Origin: Phallusia mammillata
Taxonomy: Eukaryota
DNA length: 64,000 nt
NCBI GenBank assembly: GCA_965637545.1
Contig: OZ281496.1
Span: forward strand, 28,210,001-28,274,000
Direction: 5' to 3'
In this document: positions 31,901 through 45,022 of the stretch, piece by piece
Numbering within the stretch: the first letter of the stretch is position 1
Layout: every line of letters starts with the position of its first letter
The notes under the pieces: generated by a model
Database searches by the model: none
Seen by the model: only the letters and a program-made list of their open reading frames with translations
Told to the model about the DNA's origin: nothing
Position numbers and translations under genes: made by a program

Positions 31901-34900
31901 GCTTAGATATGAAATCCATCCTCCACCCTGTAACACAGTGAAACAGGTTAACAGGGTAAAAATGTGTGTTAAATATGATTGACATTACAAAGCAGTGGAA
32001 TTTAACCTGCATTCAATGCACCGGGATTTGAAAGCTGTATAAATTATTTTTGTGAAAATTTTAATTTAAAGGGCAAGTGGTGAAATGATTTAAAAGAGTT
32101 TCGCAATATAACATTTGCTTTACAAGTATATTTGCCTGTAAGAGTTGTGTACAGTGTTAAATGTATGTGCTAAGTGCAATAAGGTTCATACAAGTCTGAT
32201 ACTGCTTTACATTGATTTGTGGCTGGAGTTTACCATGTAAGATTGTGCAAACAAGTCAAAGTCCAATGTGTCTTGTCTTACATTAAATACTGCTGAGTTT
32301 TGGTTTAACCCACGAAGTATTGATCAAAAAATAAATTGCCAAACATTTTATCAAGCTCGTTGGCCAATTTAAGATGCATTTCCTATCACGTGAGTGAAAT
32401 AGCTAATCAGATTGGAGACTAAATTTTCATGTACTTTCATACGTTATATTTTGTCTAAAGCAAATATAACAAACAGCTAGAAGAGTGGCTTAGCACATAT
32501 TGCCAGTGCACATACACTATGGCTCATTTTAAAACGTTTTTAAATTTCTATCCTCTACACTTGTTTTATATTGGGTCCCATATTAGCCAAATGTGTTTGA
32601 AACCTTTGTTTGTTTCTGCAAGCAGAAACTCATGGGTGGGGACACAGGCAAAGTTGTAAATAATGCAGAATCTGAGATAGCCATCACCAAGTTTGTAGCA
32701 GTTGAAACTTGGCGATCAATATTTTTGCGTAATTAATCACGCATTATGGAGTGCAAACTTTATGTTTAACGAACATTATTGCAGTATTTATTTAAACTGT
32801 ATTAAATTGCCCTGTGACAGCGTTGAACTACATTAAACTGCATTAAATTGCATTTATGACAGCGTTGAACCACATGCGTTTTTCGTTTGTGGTGCTTGGT
32901 ATCATAAATAAACGCTTTACTCTTTGGGGTCTAACGGGGTAACCGCTGGGAGGAACGAGTGAAACGAAACAGTACTTACCACGACATTGAGTAGGTTGAG
33001 TACAACAGTCATTGCAAGACACCAAAAAATCATAGTTCCAAATCCCCAAACCATTAGCTTCTTTCGTCCAATACGATCTATAACAGCAACCTGAAATGGA
33101 CAAAGCGTTATTAAATGTGCCAAAGCTTGCTTATGTGAAGCAAAATTATAACTTATGTCTTACATTTGTATGTGTCTATTTGTGTAGTATGCAGGTTATT
33201 TAAACTGAACTGTATAATTTTACAGCTAATTAGTGCTATTTTTTGAAGAATTTATTATTTTTGATACAATTTTTGGACACAATGAATGCATTCGTTCCAC
33301 CTGTTTAATGGTGAGCTATTTGTTTGAGCCTGATTTTGATAGGGTGCAGTACTACATGTTTGTTTTTAATAAAGACTTTACAGATATCAGTTGAAAAATT
33401 TAAACAATGCAAAATGTTTTTAACAGTTTAACAGTAACCACCGTGTTAGTCATATATCCAGTTTGCCATTTTTTTAAGGATTTCGGGCGAAACTCAATGT
33501 GACATGACTCTGAATCATTTGCCTGTTATTTTCACCGCAAAAGCCTAAAGCTACAAAACAAGTTTTACTACGACCGTAAGTAACGCGCCGACAAAACAGT
33601 CGGACTGGAATTTCTAGTGCGCTAAGCGCTTGATTCGTCGTTTTAAGTTGATCCAATGACACGGTCGCGCCAATCGCTTGATTTTGATGGTAAGCTTTTT
33701 GTTTGAGTCTGATTTTTATTAGGGTGCATGTTACTACGCCGTTTTTGTTGCTTTAAATATTGAAGACTTCCATTCAAAATTTTAAACAATGCAAAGTTTT
33801 GGAGTTCTGAGTAATCTTATTTGACCTTTTCACTACTGTTTCGGTCTTTGTTACCGGGCAAATTTTTGAATGGTTTTGGGCGAAACTTTATGTGGTGTGA
33901 ATCATTTGTCTGGTATTTTCACCGCGAAGCCTAAAGCTACAAAACAAGTTTTACTACGGTCGTAAGTACTGTGCCAACAAAACAGCCGGACTGGAATTTC
34001 TAGTGCGCTAATCGCTTGATTCGTCGTTTTAAGTTGATCCAATGACACGGTCAATTAAAATTCCCAGGAGTCAATTAGTTAGTGTTTGTTTAGATGATTT
34101 GGCAGAATTCTGATCAAGCGAGAATTGACGTGGTATCCTACTTCTAAAAACTCGTCCGAAATCTGGCTCCCAAACAAAATGAAATTTCCCACAAATCGAT
34201 TTCTATGTTGACGACATATACACATTATTGTTGTTTCCATAACATGTTAATGCTGTTTGTGACAAACATAGGTGGTATTGTTAAGGTTTACTCACCGAGA
34301 CAATGGTCATTAGAACGTTGACAACTCCAACACCAACTGAAGCCATATCTTGTGGGTTTCCTTCAGGGATTCCAGCTGCATCAAAAATCGTGTTGGAGTA
34401 GAAAAATACCTGGAAACAAATAATAACAAAGAATGTATTTTTTACCCTGTGGTTTTTTAACAAAGTTTTGGTGAGATTTTTTGAAGGTTATGTGTGTTAA
34501 AAGGTGAAACCTTGTTTTGTACACAATAAATTATCAAGGCACTTATATAGTCAAGATATACTGTCATTGGTTGGGTCTTTTTGGTTTCTTTATGGTTTTC
34601 ACATCCCAGAGTTATTTACCTTGTGCTGAAATTGTGTATGACCATGTTTGTTTCTTATGGATGGACACTTTCTTTTAGGGCACTTATAGTTTCAACATAT
34701 TAGTCTATTCAATGTTATATCTAGCAGTTGTTTTGAGTGGTTAAAAACACAAATAAATTTGATTTCATAAATTCTTTCAATTATGAACCTGCTCTGAAAA
34801 TTTTGTAATCGTTTTAAATCTGAGCAATGATAAAGAGTGCACAAAAATACACTGATTTCAAAATACGTCGACAGAGTGGGTTTTTCATTCTCTGCTGCCT

Positions 34901-37900
34901 ACAATAGGGTCCTAATTTATTCATGAGGGTTTTTTCCACTGTTTCCACCGAACAATAGAGTAGAAACCGCGTTTTTATGGCAGTTCCGCCGAAATTCTCT
35001 ACATTGTAAAGGCAGTGGTATTACGAAAATAAAACGCATCCACAATCAAAACAGAAAAGGGGGCGTGGCTCGTTGTGTATTTGACACGCCCATTTTTGTC
35101 CTTCCGCACTATTTGTGTTTGGTGAGGTCGAATTTCGTATTAAACGATCAATCAGTTGTTGTTTTGAACAGGAGAGTAAAAAGCGCTAACGAAAAACGCA
35201 TTACATCGAAAGTGGGCTTGGCTCAATGAAGAGAGCCGATTGGTCGGTTTAAATCACGTGTCTACCACGTTGGCACTGTGATAATATCAGCACCTAAGGC
35301 GAAAACGAAAAGAGCGTTTATTAAACAGACCCACGAAGAGTGAGTCATGGACAGGTTTGGCAGGTTTAACTCCTTGACTTTTATTGCCTTTGCCGTTGTT
35401 GGTGTTTGCTTATCATTTTCTCGAGAGAGCCACTGACGTGTTCCATTTATATGAACCGGATAAGACGCGGTGTTACGCTAACCTTATACGCCCCCTAAAT
35501 TCAGCCAATTGGAGCCCTCCCGCCCACACAGGCACATGACACGTGTATGCTACAGGTTAAAGTGAGTAGGGGTTTTTTAGTCGTGTCTATGTAACCGTAA
35601 CACTACTCTATGTTCTAAACGCTTCATTTCTTATGTTAAGCTGCGTATAAAATTTATATTTATAGCCATTGAGAATTGTTCCTTTTCAGGGGACTGGGGG
35701 TAAAAAATACAGGGCAAATTGGGGGTTAGGTGACAATGCACAAAATCAGTTCTTTTGTTAACAGGTTTCGACCTGTTTAAATGCCTTTTTTATGAATGTA
35801 AGACATTACCAGGCCAAACTTAAAACATTAAGACTACAAATTGTAAATGAATTGACCAGTCCTAATTTTTGCCTATTTTATACTCATCAAAAAAATGTTA
35901 CGCAACGAAAATATATTTAACATTTAAGTTAATTTCATAATAAACTTAAAATAATAAAATCTCTGTTTTGTTTCGTCACGCAACAGACTTGTACAACCGG
36001 AAAAGCTCGGTAGTATAGACACAAGGCATTTGTTCAAGTATTATCAGCGCAATTTTGCGGCAAGTTAGAAGTCCTCTTCTATTGTTGTAACAGCTGTCAG
36101 TGCTTGCCTTTGCGCCAACTGTTCGTTTCGTGTTTCGTAGAATCAGAAGCTTGTAGTACTTACCGGATTAAATCGTGACTATTGAATTACAAGCCAATTC
36201 CGCTCACAGCTTTTAACGCAATTTTTTCGCTTTAAATTTCAGTTTCGCTGAACGTATCGTTTTAACATGGGTTCAAATCCAACATGTGCCTTTTAAAACA
36301 GTGGTTTTGAAACTTATCCTTGTCAGTATCCCTTTAAAGTCACTAACCAGGTTACGTACCCCATATTACACTTTCAACAAAGTAACACATATTCCTTAAC
36401 GCAAATGATACAGAACGACGGTTTCAGTAATGGATTAAAACCATTAAAAGCAAGGCTAAAACTGACGACCATTGTGTGACTACAAAACAGTAAAACCAAT
36501 AGACTTGGATTCTATTTGAATATGGAAATGATGATGCCTTTTAGGCGAAATATATATTCCTGCACAAAAACGCACTGATCTGGACCAGGGATTTTATCGT
36601 TTATTAGTTTTACTGTCCAAATGATAAGGCTTTTTGCACCCCCTAGGAACAGGTTTAGAACCAATGTTTTGGAGCTAGGCAAAATGATATGCACCAATTT
36701 TGCACTTATAACTATGGCGGTTATCATTGTAAAATTTTATTAGTGGTTTGTACATATACCATAGAGAATATAGGGCCTGGCATGTCATACTGTTATATTG
36801 TTCAAAGGTTCCGAAAAGCGTGGGCACAGAGTAATAATACTCGTTCCCAGAACGTCCTTGCAAAAAGGATATAACTGAAGGCTATTGAAATCACACAAGC
36901 TTCACAATGTGCTGTGTTGTCACACTATGTTTTGATTTTGTATGTAGTAGTTTTTCTCAATAGTTTTATATCCGAGGTGTTTGGTTACACCACTATTGTA
37001 AAACTGGGTTTCTTATAAGCTTTAATAAGACAAAATGTTGTTCAGTATATATTGGGGGGTCAGATAGGCACAAAACTTTGACTAGTAAGGAATACTATAA
37101 CTGTCCACGCTTAAAAAAAAGAATTAAAAATGCCTTTTCTTTTTTATAATTCCTTTTTTGAGATGGGTCTAATGTCAACATTTGGTTATCTCTTTAATGA
37201 CAGTACATATTGTAACTAAATGCCTGTCTAGTTAAGAGAAAAAACAAAAACTAACACAACATATGAACAGTTAATATATGAAGAACATTACCATAAAGAT
37301 AGCAAAAATCTATGAAAACTCTGTTAAAACATGTAACCTACAAAAAGGTTAGATCATTCATTTGCTTTAATGGGTGCTTTATTCTTTTAGGTTAATTTAA
37401 AAAAACATGAAAAATATTGGCTTCCACTTACGGCATTGATTCCAGAAAGTTGCTGAGCAACCATCATCAAGAGAACAGTGATTAGTTGCCATCGGACAGA
37501 CCTTTCACGGAACAACTGAATGATCGTCATTTGACCTTCGGCAGCCTGTGATGCGGCCTCTGTTCTCATTTCATCCATTTCACTCACAACGTTGTCGGAT
37601 CCCCGCAATTTTACCAACACTAAAATTGAAAGGTTTTGACCATTACAAACTCATGATGATGATGTGTATAAAATGTAACAAGCATAATGATGTGTAAAAA
37701 TGTATATAAAATGTTAAATGTATTAAGCTGTGTGGTGATGTATTAAGCTGAGCTTGCATATGTGTCACCTAAAAGCTATTTTGTGAACAAATGTCATTAA
37801 AATGTGTTGTACTAAAAAGTTTCAATTATTACAAACTGTGTGGTGAAGTATTAAGGCAATCTTGAATAAATGTCTCAAAATATTTTTTGTGCATGAATGT

Positions 37901-40900
37901 CATTGAAAAGTGTAGTACTACTACATGAATTTCCTTAATATATGAGTTCTATTTACACTTGTGTTGGTGCTGGTTTTGTATGTTTGTAGGTATAATGGCC
38001 TTGTCTGCTAAGATTCATTTAAAGTTTGACATTCACAGTTGTTTATGTCTAAGATAACACAGGTATGTTCACAGCCCCAATATTATCAAATTTATTAGGT
38101 ACAGTATATAGTTGCTTATTTTGAGCCTTCTTTTTTAGAATTCAATTCTCAGGAACCGCATGTGATAGTTATAGGTGATATTTTTTAAAAACAAGGTTAT
38201 CTATTATCGAAATTGAGGTCCACCAACCGTTTCTTGCTTCATCCTCTTTCTGTTGATCAATGAGTAAAAATCTTGGGCTTTTTGGCATAAAAGGAATGCT
38301 TATCATCTGTAGGACAGATGGAATACAAGTAAAAGCCAACAAGTAGGGCCACATTTGTTGTGTTCCAAGCATTGATTCAAGACCAAGTAGCTGAAAAAGT
38401 GTAATGTGTCCATTTTAAATAAAATATTAAAGCAGTACGAAAAAAGCAGTTTATTATAATGTGGAAGTTGAAGCACATAGCTATAGACCCGAGTAGTGTT
38501 TTCTCTCTTCTCTTTTCTCGTTTTAAGTTTTATCCTAGACAAGAATTTTTGTTGCACCTTACAACATTCTTGAGCTGTCTGGACGAATGCTGTATTTAAA
38601 CTTGAATAAAATAGCTAATATTGTAAATAGCTAACATTCCACTATAAACAAAACTAATATTATGTTTGTTTTGTTCAAGAAATTACAGTGAAATGTCTGT
38701 AAATTATATATTAACCCACAAAACTATAAGTGGTAAAACATTTCAACAAAGAACGTTTGCACCCTGAAACACACAAATGACGCCACAGGATTAAGAACCA
38801 CTGGACCACAGTATGAAAGCTATTGCAATTTGACACCTTTTATTCTCTCAGTTAGTCAAAGGTCATTGGACCAACAGTGTTGGAAAAAGGCTTTTTTGCA
38901 GTAGTAAGAACTGTTGTAAAGCTGAAATAAGTTTTATTTAACTTGTCCAAATGGTTTGTGGACTATATGTTTGTGCATATACCAAGGAGCAAATGATGCC
39001 ATTATCACAAATATTGGGAGTTAGCTTACCTGTGCAAACAAAATGCCAATAGTAATCAAAAGTTGGTTTAACACACCAATAGCACCTCTCCATTCTTTTG
39101 GCGAGATTTCTCCAATGTACATTGGCACAATACCAGTTGCAAGACCTTAAAAAATCGTAAACATACAAAATTGTACATATTCTTTTGTTAAATAGCAATG
39201 AGTGAGGCGTACAAATTCCTGTTATTTTTAATCATGAATGACTATCGTTAGTTTTAAACAAAGAACAAAGGGGTGTTGTATAATTCAAGGAGGTGAATGA
39301 AATGTGAACCCGTATACCCCCGTTGTGTAAAAAGCGTGGAATATTATCTGCCCAACACCTAACCACGCGCTGGGGCAGACAAAACATTTCACCAGAGCTT
39401 TGTTTAATTACGACACATTAGGAAGGATAATTTGTAAACACACATCACTGGGCATTCATAAACTTACGACTGTTTTAAATTTTGCAACATACTTTAATAA
39501 AGATTTATAGGCAATAAAATTATAACCTACACTATTTAATAGTTATAAATGTATGATGGTATTAATTAATTTGCTGTAAAGAGTATTATCAAATCCTAAC
39601 TAATTAAATAAAGCATGGACAAAGAAAATACTGAAAAACAGTTTAAATTGTTGTCTGTAAGAAAAGAAAGGATAACAAAAGGCCAGACAAAAAGACAAAG
39701 CATGGAAAGACATTGTCCAGTGGGCAAATTCCAGAGCACAAAAGATTCTGTCCAGAATAGCTCTAATCACAAAGCCATGAAATTAGGTCACTGGATAGCT
39801 TGAAACGCTTGCTGGACTTTCAACTATTTCCCACAGTGAAGCCATTGTATAGTATAATGATGACACAAGTAAAATGCTGACTTTTAGTGAAATTGCTTAC
39901 TCCAGAATAAAAAGCTTTTTTATCTGATGTAAGTTTTTGTTACACTTTGAAATCACTTATCTTTCTATAAGGGTAGATTCCAAGACATGCATTACAACAT
40001 CATAAATATAAGTAATAGTCTCACATCTAAAAGATATGTGTACCTGCAAAAACACCAATAAAGAAGCGACCAACAATAATTAGCGGAAAACTGTTTGCTG
40101 GTTTTGCAAGTCCAAGACATAATGCTGCAACAAATGAGATGATGTTGTTTACCATGAGACCTCCCCTCCTGCAAAACAAAGTATCCGTTTTTTAACATGC
40201 TGTTATGAATGGGTAAATAATTTGGAAAAGTAAAAACTGACCTTCCGAATTTCCCAACAACAGGTCCAACCAAAAGTGACCCCAACATTCCTGCCAATGC
40301 AAAAGCAGACACAGCTATAGCGTACATGTTGTCACGATAGTTGCCACGCTCTGTGTCTTCCTATTGGACAAAACCAGAAATTGTTGTCAATGAGATCGTT
40401 ATTGTCTTGTGTTATCTATATTTTTGGACACTTACAACACATGTACGAGCGTTTGTTCCATTTGTTGTGCTGGTAGAACACACCGTATCATTTCCGAAAT
40501 AAAAGTCTTTGATTTCCTGTTAAATGTACCATAGCTTGTATTTTGGTTTTTACGGCATTGCAACATACACTTTAATACAAAGCAACTTACATCTGCAGGG
40601 GCATTGACAACGGCTATGTTGTATCCATACTGAAATGAAGCACCAATGACTGACATAGACACTCCAATAATCAGGGATAGGGTGGCTTTGGGCTTCTAAA
40701 GTTTAAAGAAAAGCAACGTTAAAAACTGCAGATGTAAAGGTTATGTCAGGGCATCAGAATTTATAACATTACTTAAGCATACAGTCTGCAATCCTGTAAC
40801 AAATTGTTTGCGGCATGTTTTACAACCATGTCAAGCAAGGGACAGTGTGTGAAAAACATCGGTCTCAGTCGTATATTGTAAGTATATTGAAGGCTTGTAA

Positions 40901-41595
40901 AACATTTTAAAGCCAGTGAAACCCATCACAAAAGTTGGAATTTTGAAAATGTTTTAAAACCAACTTAGCTATATTGTTTTTTATCCTGGTTGGTTTACAG
41001 CTCTATCCTTTCATTGATTTGCATTATTTATAAGCCTATTGAGTTTTTCACACATACGTTGCTGTAAAATCTACAGATTGCATAAAGAAGATTCATTGAA
41101 AACTCATCATCCTAGTCAACGTTAGCCGTTTTAACTCTTTCTAATAGCTGATTGTTTCTTACTGTTCTAAAATACTTCTTACCTTTTTACAACACTCTTC
41201 ACATCCATTTAACAACTTATCTATATTGAAGTGCTTTTCAACTGTGACTGTGCCAGGGTCGCCTTTCTAAAAAAACCAACCTGTTTGGTTCATGGAAAAC
41301 TCATACTAACCTCGCTTTCAATCATTAACTAACTGAACAAACTTTACATCTGTTTGCTAACAATAAAGTGACAAAACATTTGTTGGTCAACTTAATATCA
41401 ATATTTGCTTACACACCACAGAACAAGTTCTTCTAAGATAACAAAAAATTCCCTAATTTACATAGTGTAAAGTTTATAAAATAACATTCATTTCTTTTAA
41501 CAATTTGACAGCTAGTCACTACTCACTACTATATAATATTAGTTAAATATACTTACAACAGCATATTGATCCACAAGATGATCAGATCCAGACAT
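28965..41595 (-). CDS. SLC2A: Facilitative sugar transporter, SLC2A/GLUT family (MFS), 14 coding exons, 529 aa
   Basis: Exons (minus): 41557-41595, 40591-40695, 40436-40516, 40242-40360, 40044-40168, 39030-39145, 38228-38390, 37432-37619, 34296-34409, 32980-33090, 31855-31927, 30528-30655, 29613-29743, 28965-29061. All introns are GT-AG with consistent phases (1590 nt). Motifs: [53 protein letters not shown]. Exact vertebrate ortholog not assignable by eye. Confidence 0.95.
29244..29341. repeat. ~100-bp inverted-repeat element enclosing a tRNA T-arm/B-box-like motif
   Basis: CATTCCCATATGGAAAGGCAAGG (29244-29266) is inverted with CCTATGCCTTGTCATATGGGAATG (29318-29341). GGTTCGAATCC lies at 29283-29293. 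Confidence 0.6.
30010..30330. repeat. Palindrome-rich MITE-like relic (CCGAGCAT/ATGCTCGG motifs)
   Basis: CCGAGCAT-GTTTAAG-ATGCTCGG near 30065, and CCGAGCAT-TAACGTGAG-ATGCTCGG near 30286. Confidence 0.45.
30941..31094. mobile_element. hAT-type MITE, 154 bp
   Basis: TIRs CAGTGTTTTTTTAAGG / CCTTAAAAAAACCTG. Perfect 8-bp TSD GGCAAGTT. Confidence 0.85.
33335..34055. repeat. Diverged tandem duplication (~385-bp period) in SLC2A intron 9
   Basis: CAAAACAAGTTTTACTACG...GTTGATCCAATGACACGGTC occurs at ~33555 and ~33942. Confidence 0.85.
35055..35550. promoter_or_regulatory. Putative intronic enhancer or promoter-like island in SLC2A intron 8
   Basis: GC-richer patch with GC boxes (35060, 35085, 35520), CCAAT boxes (35239, 35505) and E-boxes (35255, 35540). 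Confidence 0.4.
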
Positions 41596-41989
41596 TGTTG
41601 ACAGTTTAAAATTTGTCTTCTTTAAACAGCGGCTTTGCACCACTAATAGACCACTTGTAACAAATAAAAATCAGAGCTTAAAGACAAAATTTCGGAAAAT
41701 AGAGCACTTTTTTAAATCCTTGAAACAAAAGCAATAATTTTAAAACTTTTCGTTTCTTGGGGTTTTCTTTGATTTAATTTATTCTTTATGGAACGATACG
41801 AAACTTTTCAGGGAGTGCTAACAGCTCATTCATTCATTCACTATTTTACTACGGACATTGCCAACGTGGTAACAAAAAGAAAAATAATACCACGCTCGAC
41901 ACGCAACCCCAGTCATCCAAAACGTTCTGACTTCTGATGTAGAAAAAGTTGATGCTTTATTTAAATAGTCCTTGTTAACCAATGAGGTG

Positions 41990-42480
41990 TGAGAAAAAGG
42001 GGGCGTTTTCGATGACGTCACGTAGCCGCTCTTTCATTAAATGGCTTTACAGCGTGGAGTTGAGCTCATTTCGCTTGGTAAAGGGGAATAGAGATTTGAT
42101 ATTTTGACATCGCAATAAAATCTGGTCCTATACAACCAAAATCTGTTATGCTGCCTTTGAATGATGCGCTTCATAAGCACAAAAGGGCATTTGGGTCGTT
42201 TATATGTATATACTGCTAGTGCGGAAGAACAAACGGAAGGTCATAAAACTTATCAAATCACGTAATGTAAACACTTCCGCAATAGTAGCCTAAACACGTT
42301 CTCAAGTCACGTAATTTCCTACCAAGCGAACTGGACATATCACGTAGCTTCAAAAGTGCCAGATAATGTGAGGCCGAGAGACCTCAGGTCTACGTGACGA
42401 CTTTACACTTGCTTAATCGACCTTGGTGCTTTGACGTCATACGCGCGGACGTAATTAAACGTGACGTAGAAGGGGGAATG
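41990..42480 (-). promoter_or_regulatory. Putative SLC2A upstream regulatory region with CRE sites
   Basis: TGACGTCA at 42013-42020 and 42432-42439, plus several TGACG half-sites, 0.4-0.9 kb upstream of the ATG. Confidence 0.4.
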
Positions 42481-45022
42481 GGAATTGTGAATCGACTAAA
42501 TGGAATGTTTACGGACGTCTATCTTTGGATTGTTTTTCAAAGTAGAGAACGGTGGACTGTAAACACGTAGGTCTAACTAGAGAGAAATTCGAGGTCGATT
42601 TTGGCTGGTGCAACAATGGCGAAAGTTCCACGCCTCTACGATTTTTGGATTTACGCGTTTCGAGTTTAACTAGTTTAGACAGCCACTTACCCCTCTTTTT
42701 GTAATAGCTCCACCTGAAATAATACTAAAGTTCGTTTTGACTTCCCGTCAAAATCAAAACGGGAACTATGACTTGCAAAACTTTTAGTAGTATTTGCGGA
42801 ACACTTTATAGAAACTGCTGAATCACGACCAACTGCTAAAAATGCGGTCGTTACCTTCTCAATAAAGATCTCATGACCTGGAAATCCCATGAGGGGAATA
42901 TGTTGACGTGAGGATTTCCCAAGTAGATATTGACCTTATAGACTTAATACCTTGTGGAACTAGTACAATAAGATACAGTCGTGAAAAAGCTTCTACAGAA
43001 TTTATTTTATAGCGCGGTACATAGCGCGAAAAACACAATGACAATGTTCGTCACAATACACATATATGCTCATTGGCACTGAAACTTTTCGAGAGCGGCC
43101 GCGGTAGTGAGCTAAAAAAACACCAAATTCGATTTGAATAAAAGCGAAAATCACAATGCAAATAATTCAGCGGGTGGTATTACGCAAAAAGAGTTAAAAT
43201 GAGTGCGAAAAAGTACAATAGATAATAATCAACGTATAATCACGCAAGACAAATTATGATTTTGCAAATTATTTTCACACCAAGTTGCTGTAGCGATCTG
43301 AACAGGGACTGTACAGTTTAAATGAAGCCAGGGAAAGGCTTAGAATTGGACATACGACGTAAAACAGCCAGATAAGTGCGCATTTGCAACCACACGCTAA
43401 GAAGATACCAGCCCCAACAGACTGCTTGAGAGTGGGCGACAAAATGACTGAAGTTGACGGTTTATCAAAATTTGCGGTTTTCCGATTGTAGACTGTTGGC
43501 AGTTTGCACATATGCTTGTGTTTTAGCAATGCGCCTTTTGACTTTTGACGCTATGCAGCATGAAACAGTAAAGTGAAACAACTGCACAAAACGTTCGAGA
43601 AAGCTGTACTTTTAAGCCTAATCATTGTCCAAGTTTTTTAATTTTTTAGGGTTAGGGTTAAAAATTGCAAGATTTATCCGTGTCCTACAGGCAGTGGGGT
43701 GTTTTTTAACGGTTGAATTAAGGCGAAGAATGGCTTCCCAGGGGTTGTTTTATTTCATAGTAAGACGTATTTGGTTTCCACCGTGGCCAAACACACGTGG
43801 ACCACGCCGTGTTTGTACACCCCGAACAATGCGTGAATCCGTTTGCCCAATACGGTGGCCACACATCACACCATAAGCTGGAAGCATGGTAAGGTCAACC
43901 CGCCAAGAGTAAACAACTATGGTATTTGGGCCCCAAAGGGTGAATGGCTGATCAAATTTCGACACACCCGAACTCTATCACACCCCCTTTCATTTCAAGG
44001 AAGGTCATTGAATAAGTGTTTTGAAACATCAATGTAGTAGGAAATTTTTACGTAAAGACACCATAGCAACTAGAGAGGGGATATCAATGCTGTGGCTTTG
44101 CGCTATAAATACAAGAGGGAATAGTAGGGTTTTGTTATGGGACTGTCGTTCAAGGTCGTATTGTTGATTTTAGCGTACTGAAGTGGGGTTCAACGAGATC
44201 TAAAGCGTGGGCTTTGTCTTGTAATCGCAAACACAGGCAAAGACAAACAGCTCTATCGTGCTAGCAAAGGGGCGTTGAACGTTGATATAGAACTGTTTTG
44301 CCTTGTTAGATATAACAAACTGTTTTTGCGGTGATTAAAATTAGCTGGCATTAGTTTAAAAGTTAATCAATACTTAAACAATAAAATTTAAAAGGTTAAA
44401 AACATGAACATTGAAACAAATGTTTGCAATGAAGAAAATTTTGATTGGTAAAATAGAAAGTTAAGTGCCAAGAATGGTTGTTTAGCAAATAAGGATTTTC
44501 ACTTCTAGTATCAAGTTGATGTAGTTTATAGGTCTTAACACTATGTACGTCGTTTATAAAGGGTAAACTTGGCCAAGGGTGCGTACCTTTGTATGAAAAG
44601 GTTTCATATACTTAAGAAGTGTACCAGTGTTGGAAAAGCACCACATGCGCTATACACAACTACGGCACTTGTTCAACAGGTCCTAAGTACATGTGATGGT
44701 GCAGTACGAAAAAATACGCGAGGATTTGGCGACATTTAGTGGCCAGTTAGCATGTTATTTACATACAAATGGTGGTACATAGGCTTGAACAAAAGCTTGA
44801 ATATGCGCACAAGCTGGCAAAATGTAACCATAGCGCCACCAGTGTCCAATGTACGCACTGGATTTCTGCCATATGGCAGCGCTAAGCATAGTATATTTAC
44901 AAGCATAACGTCTTTGGATGTAATTGGCAGCGGTGTGTGCTGGTGGGAGTAGCACATAGGGGTTTATGTCGAAAAATGGCCGTACGTCGTCTTGAAAAAA
45001 TCCACTTTCTCGGGGGTATTTC

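Noticed and set aside
38780-38805. GGATTAAGAACCACTG resembling a hAT MITE end
   Set aside because: No matching left TIR or TSD found.
41183-41208. Alternative SLC2A first exon MDVKSVVK with an AG|GTAAGA donor
   Set aside because: It ends in phase 2, whereas exon 2 starts in phase 0; the 41557-41595 exon fits instead.
43646-43660. TTAGGGTTAGGGTTA telomere-like repeat
   Set aside because: Only ~2.5 units, probably part of an interspersed repeat; no support for an interstitial telomere.
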